Source of the DNA: Promethearchaeia archaeon
Lineage (GTDB): Archaea > Asgardarchaeota > Lokiarchaeia > Sigyniarchaeales > SOKP01
Assembly: GCA_029856155.1 (NCBI GenBank)
Contig: JAHQWL010000016.1
Span: 1-10,115 of the forward strand
Length of the DNA: 10,115 nucleotides
Reading direction: 5' to 3'
Shown: positions 7,530 to 10,115 of the stretch, one piece after another
Layout of the letters: each line of letters opens with the position of its first letter
Position numbering within the stretch: the stretch's first letter is position 1
Notes under the pieces: generated by a model
What the model saw: the letters and a program-made list of their open reading frames with translations, nothing else
The model's database searches: none
Told to the model about the DNA's origin: nothing
Made by a program: the position numbers and the translations under genes

Positions 7530-7856
7530 TTACCACCTAAGCTCACTAATTTTTTCAGCATCAAGTGTATTGAATTTTTCTTGCATCATATAAACAATAA
7601 TAAGAACAAACGCAGCAACAATTGCTGCTATTATTGTCGAGATCATAACGATTGTTACAACAAATGGATCTAAATTATTGCTTGCAAAATATACAGAAAA
7701 AAAGACTAGAAATGCATTTGCAGTGTTTATTAAAATCTCCACGCCTATTATTATCTTGATTACATTTTTACTAGTAGCAGCTATTACCAAGCTTATGAAA
7801 AATTCTGTCAATATTAAAAAAAATGTAAGTATTATTATATCAATCATTTTTATCAC
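7530..7856 (-). CDS. nuoK: NuoK/MrpC-family small membrane subunit
   Basis: Three hydrophobic segments, KNVIKIIIGVEILIN (conserved Glu), an MrpC-like LDP before TM3 and a C-terminal TLDAEKISELRW. The start is either GTG at 7856 (overlapping the upstream stop) or ATG at 7847, which follows AAGTGA-taaaa. Confidence 0.88.
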   Translation of the reverse strand: MIKMIDIIILTFFLILTEFFISLVIAATSKNVIKIIIGVEILINTANAFLVFFSVYFASNNLDPFVVTIVMISTIIAAIVAAFVLIIVYMMQEKFNTLDAEKISELRW

Positions 7857-8107
7857 TTCCCACCATTGGATCTCCTAATTTGTGTCGAAATACCTGCATA
7901 TACGCTGAGTAAAATAAAAGCTATTATGATCATCTCGAGCCCCCTATATTCCCAGATAAATTTTCCTATTAATGTATCAAATGCTTTATCATCCTCACCT
8001 TTTAAAATATCACTTGTGTTTTCTACATAATTGCTTTGAATATTCTCAAATTCAATGGCATAAGAAACAATAATTGTTACCATTAAGAACAATAACACAC
8101 ATGACAA
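7853..8107 (-). CDS. NuoJ C-terminal half (J2 / MbhE-like) small membrane subunit
   Basis: Two hydrophobic segments, the motif IGKFIWEYRGLEMIIIAFILL, and its position between J1 and K. The track start is TTG; the frame is open upstream to ATA codons at 8125/8128 behind GGAGG. Confidence 0.75.
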   Translation of the reverse strand: MSCVLLFLMVTIIVSYAIEFENIQSNYVENTSDILKGEDDKAFDTLIGKFIWEYRGLEMIIIAFILLSVYAGISTQIRRSNGGK

Positions 8108-8111
8108 TAAT

Positions 8112-8366
8112 TTACTCTTCTTTATTATCTTCCCCTCCTATTAAACATACTATATAAAAAAATAGAGTCGCCATCGAAGCAGAGTATAGCGTTATCTGAA
8201 ATATGCCCAAGAGAGTATAACCCAAAAAAATATAAATTATTCCTATTAAGATATTGAATACTGTAAAAAAAATAGCAGCGTACATTAATTTCTCTACAAA
8301 ATAGATTATTAATGTGATTAATATTACTAAAATAAATAATGACAGAGGAATAATAAGAATATTCAT
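8112..8366 (-). CDS. NuoJ N-terminal half (J1 / MbhD-like)
   Basis: Three TM segments. LGYTLLGIFQITLYSASMATLFFYIV matches the NuoJ TM3 pattern Q..VYAGA..VLF. The SD GGAGTGA lies 6 nt before the ATG. Confidence 0.82.
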   Translation of the reverse strand: MNILIIPLSLFILVILITLIIYFVEKLMYAAIFFTVFNILIGIIYIFLGYTLLGIFQITLYSASMATLFFYIVCLIGGEDNKEE

Positions 8367-8372
8367 ATTGAA

Positions 8373-9347
8373 TCACTCCAAACCAAATATAATGATTGTA
8401 ATTAAATTAAACATTGCCAATGGAATAATTACTTTCCAGAAATAGTTAATTACTTGATCAATGCGATATCTTGCAGTAATGCTCCTTATCATTGTTATTA
8501 TAAAGACAATTAATGATGTCTTGAGAAAGAACATTATAAAATTTAAAGTCTGATTAAGAAATAATAACTCAGGATAGTTAAAATAAGGGAATGTTGGACC
8601 ACCTAGGAAAAGGATGGCTCCAAGAGATGCCACAAAATACATATTAAGATCCGAAGAAAGTCTGAATAAGGCTAATGTTCTCCCACTGATTTCTGTTGAC
8701 CATCCTGCTACGATTTCTGACTCAGCATTTGGAGAATCAAATGGGACTTTTTCTATTTTTGCTATGCTACTAAATATATATGCAATAAAACTTAAAGGCA
8801 TGAATGATATAAGGGGAATACCCGATGATTGAAATAACAAACTTTCTTTTATAGTAAAAGATTTGGATATGGCAATAATAGTTGCTATTGATATTCCGAA
8901 AGGAATTTCGAAGGAAATTATCATCTCTGCCTTTCTTGCTGCACCTTCATTTGAATATAGGCAAGCAACAGAATAACCAGTTATTATAATTAAAAGATCT
9001 ATAAACACACCGATCCCGAATAATAAAACTAAATCACCACTAAACGAAAGTGGTGCATTAAAATCATAAATTGGAATAAAAAGTAGTATAAAAAACATTA
9101 GTGCGACTGATGATATTGCAGAGAATGTTATCAAAAAAGTATTACTTACTTTTGGAAATATACTCTCCTTGTTTAATAATTTAATAAAGTCCGCCAAGGG
9201 TTGCATTATTCCTTTGAAACCGGTCATTTGAGGCCCTATTCTATTTTGAAAACGTGCATATACCTTCCTATCAAACCACTCATAAAAAAGGGAGAATATA
9301 AACGATAGAAGAACCCATATCAATATCATAGCGATTTTAATCATCAT
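8373..9347 (-). CDS. nuoH: Complex I subunit 1 family (NuoH / MbxM-like)
   Basis: Motifs DRKVYARFQNRIGP, QPLADFIKLLNKE, ISFEIP, PFDSPNAESEIVAGW and RYRIDQ. Confidence 0.95.
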   Translation of the reverse strand: MMIKIAMILIWVLLSFIFSLFYEWFDRKVYARFQNRIGPQMTGFKGIMQPLADFIKLLNKESIFPKVSNTFLITFSAISSVALMFFILLFIPIYDFNAPLSFSGDLVLLFGIGVFIDLLIIITGYSVACLYSNEGAARKAEMIISFEIPFGISIATIIAISKSFTIKESLLFQSSGIPLISFMPLSFIAYIFSSIAKIEKVPFDSPNAESEIVAGWSTEISGRTLALFRLSSDLNMYFVASLGAILFLGGPTFPYFNYPELLFLNQTLNFIMFFLKTSLIVFIITMIRSITARYRIDQVINYFWKVIIPLAMFNLITIIIFGLE

Positions 9348-9648
9348 TCACTCTCTCTTTTTCCTTGGGAATAAAAAATAAAGAGAATGTGATCAAAATC
9401 AAGAAACTTAAAGTTATAATATTTAGTGAAAGAGAGGTAATTGCAACAAGAACTACTGCGGCATCAAATGCGATAAAAAGACTGGCATAATATATCCATG
9501 GGACTTGATATTTCACCTTATGTTCTATTAATCTTTCTCCACAATGATAGGTGTCACTATATCTTCGTTTTTTGCTTCCTAATAAATAAATTATAAATGC
9601 AACAAGGTATACGATAAGTAGTGATACTAGAAGTTCAATTATGATCAT
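9337..9648 (-). CDS. nuoA: NuoA-family membrane subunit
   Basis: Three TM segments, loop motif YHCGE (canonical FECG) and YYASLFIAFD. It is the first gene of the operon and overlaps the nuoH start. Confidence 0.85.
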   Translation of the reverse strand: MIIIELLVSLLIVYLVAFIIYLLGSKKRRYSDTYHCGERLIEHKVKYQVPWIYYASLFIAFDAAVVLVAITSLSLNIITLSFLILITFSLFFIPKEKERVNDD

Positions 9649-9656
9649 TTTTATTT

Positions 9657-9674
9657 AATGAATAATTATTCATT
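9657..9674. promoter_or_regulatory. Perfect 18-bp palindrome, candidate operator for the operon
   Basis: AATGAATAATTATTCATT is its own reverse complement and ends 8 nt upstream of the nuoA ATG. Confidence 0.55.
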
Positions 9675-9706
9675 TTTTTTTTTCAATTTTCATTATTACA
9701 AGTAAG

Positions 9707-9720
9707 TATAAAAATTTGTC
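9707..9720 (-). promoter_or_regulatory. Candidate archaeal BRE/TATA promoter
   Basis: The minus strand reads GACAAA-TTTTTATA about 60 nt upstream of nuoA. The AT-rich background weakens this call. Confidence 0.35.
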
Positions 9721-9791
9721 TTTTTTTTTTAATTACTTTAATATCAATCTCAATCAGATTTTCATTAATCATAAATTTCAATATTTTTTTT

Positions 9792-9953
9792 TTAAATTAT
9801 TTTAAAATCATTTTCAGTAATTTTCCTTGTACGCTGTACAAACCATGACCAAATTGTTGTTGTTGGGTATTTATCCTTAAAAACATCTAATTTTGCCCTA
9901 ATACTAGCATTAATGACAATTGGATTTTCAAAATTTATTTTAGTATCTTTAAG
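9792..9953 (-). pseudogene. C-terminal remnant of an EVE/PUA-like domain protein
   Basis: Reads LKDTKINFENPIVINASIRAKLDVFKDKYPTTTIWSWFVQRTRKITENDFKII*. The L..FK....W...Q....I.E.DF..I ending resembles EVE domains. It is preceded by an in-frame TAG (9954-9956) and has no ATG/GTG/TTG start. Confidence 0.6.
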
Positions 9954-10036
9954 CTATAACGATGATTTCACGAAGAATATTTCTAGAGAAAATTTTTATT
10001 TTATTGATAATGTTGACAAGGCATGGAATATCCATT

Positions 10037-10114
10037 TTACGCTACTTTTTCTTCCCCTTTTGAGTCTTTTACTATTGTATGGATAAGAAGAGGCTCCGAA
10101 CAAAAAGTGCAACG
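10037..10114 (-). CDS. 3' end of a gene running in from outside the window, with a CxxC motif (possible zinc ribbon)
   Basis: Reads ...RCTFCSEPLLIHTIVKDSKGEEKVA*. Only 25 codons are visible. Confidence 0.35.
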   Translation of the reverse strand, partial: RCTFCSEPLLIHTIVKDSKGEEKVA

Positions 10115-10115
10115 T

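Noticed and set aside
7530-7532. Programmed readthrough producing a NuoK-NuoL fusion
   Set aside because: TAA is a strong stop, NuoK ends in a normal LRW terminus, and an SD precedes the nuoL frame. The shared frame has a one-in-three chance of occurring anyway.
8125-8376. 83-aa minus-strand ORF (MIQYEYSYY...)
   Set aside because: It is an alternative frame over the NuoJ1 gene. The 8112-8366 frame has the family motif and a well-spaced SD.
1868-8832. Seven short plus-strand ORFs in the track (1868, 3460, 5274, 6016, 7330, 7678, 8614)
   Set aside because: All are antisense shadows of well-supported operon genes and show no recognisable motifs.
1426-9648. Canonical NADH:quinone oxidoreductase or Fpo
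   Set aside because: There is no nuoEFG/fpoF, only two antiporter genes are present, and the quinone-binding Tyr and His equivalents are absent.
9827-9841. TTGTAC-gct-GTACAA inverted repeat
   Set aside because: It is short, lies inside the EVE-like remnant and has no independent support.

Overview
This is a strongly AT-rich window that looks archaeal (GAGGTG/GGAGTGA ribosome-binding sites, TATA/BRE-like promoter, split nuoJ); an Asgard-type host is plausible but cannot be shown from the sequence. Most of it (1426-9648, minus strand) is one tightly coupled nine-gene operon for a complex I-superfamily membrane oxidoreductase, ordered nuoA-H-J1-J2-K-L-(M/N, MrpD-like)-C-[I-B-D fusion], with no NADH/F420 input module and no Mrp Na+ module. 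The complex has several unusual features. (1) NuoI, NuoB and NuoD form a single 666-aa polypeptide. (2) The catalytic domain has CxxD/CxxD motifs like membrane-bound sulfane reductase (MBS/Mbx), so it is neither a [NiFe] site nor a canonical quinone site, yet it is paired with a complex I-type tandem-Cys N2 motif. (3) The NuoL-like subunit has lost its main proton-pumping residues. (4) The NuoL lateral helix is lengthened by a recent 75-bp tandem duplication to three ~25-aa units, although only one partner antiporter gene is present. (5) Two operon genes appear to start at ATA. The flanks hold decayed gene fragments (two ICMT/PEMT-type methyltransferase pieces, a phytoene-desaturase-like C-terminus, an EVE-like C-terminus) and a perfect 18-bp palindrome just upstream of nuoA. 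All homology statements come from motif recognition and recall; no database search was run.
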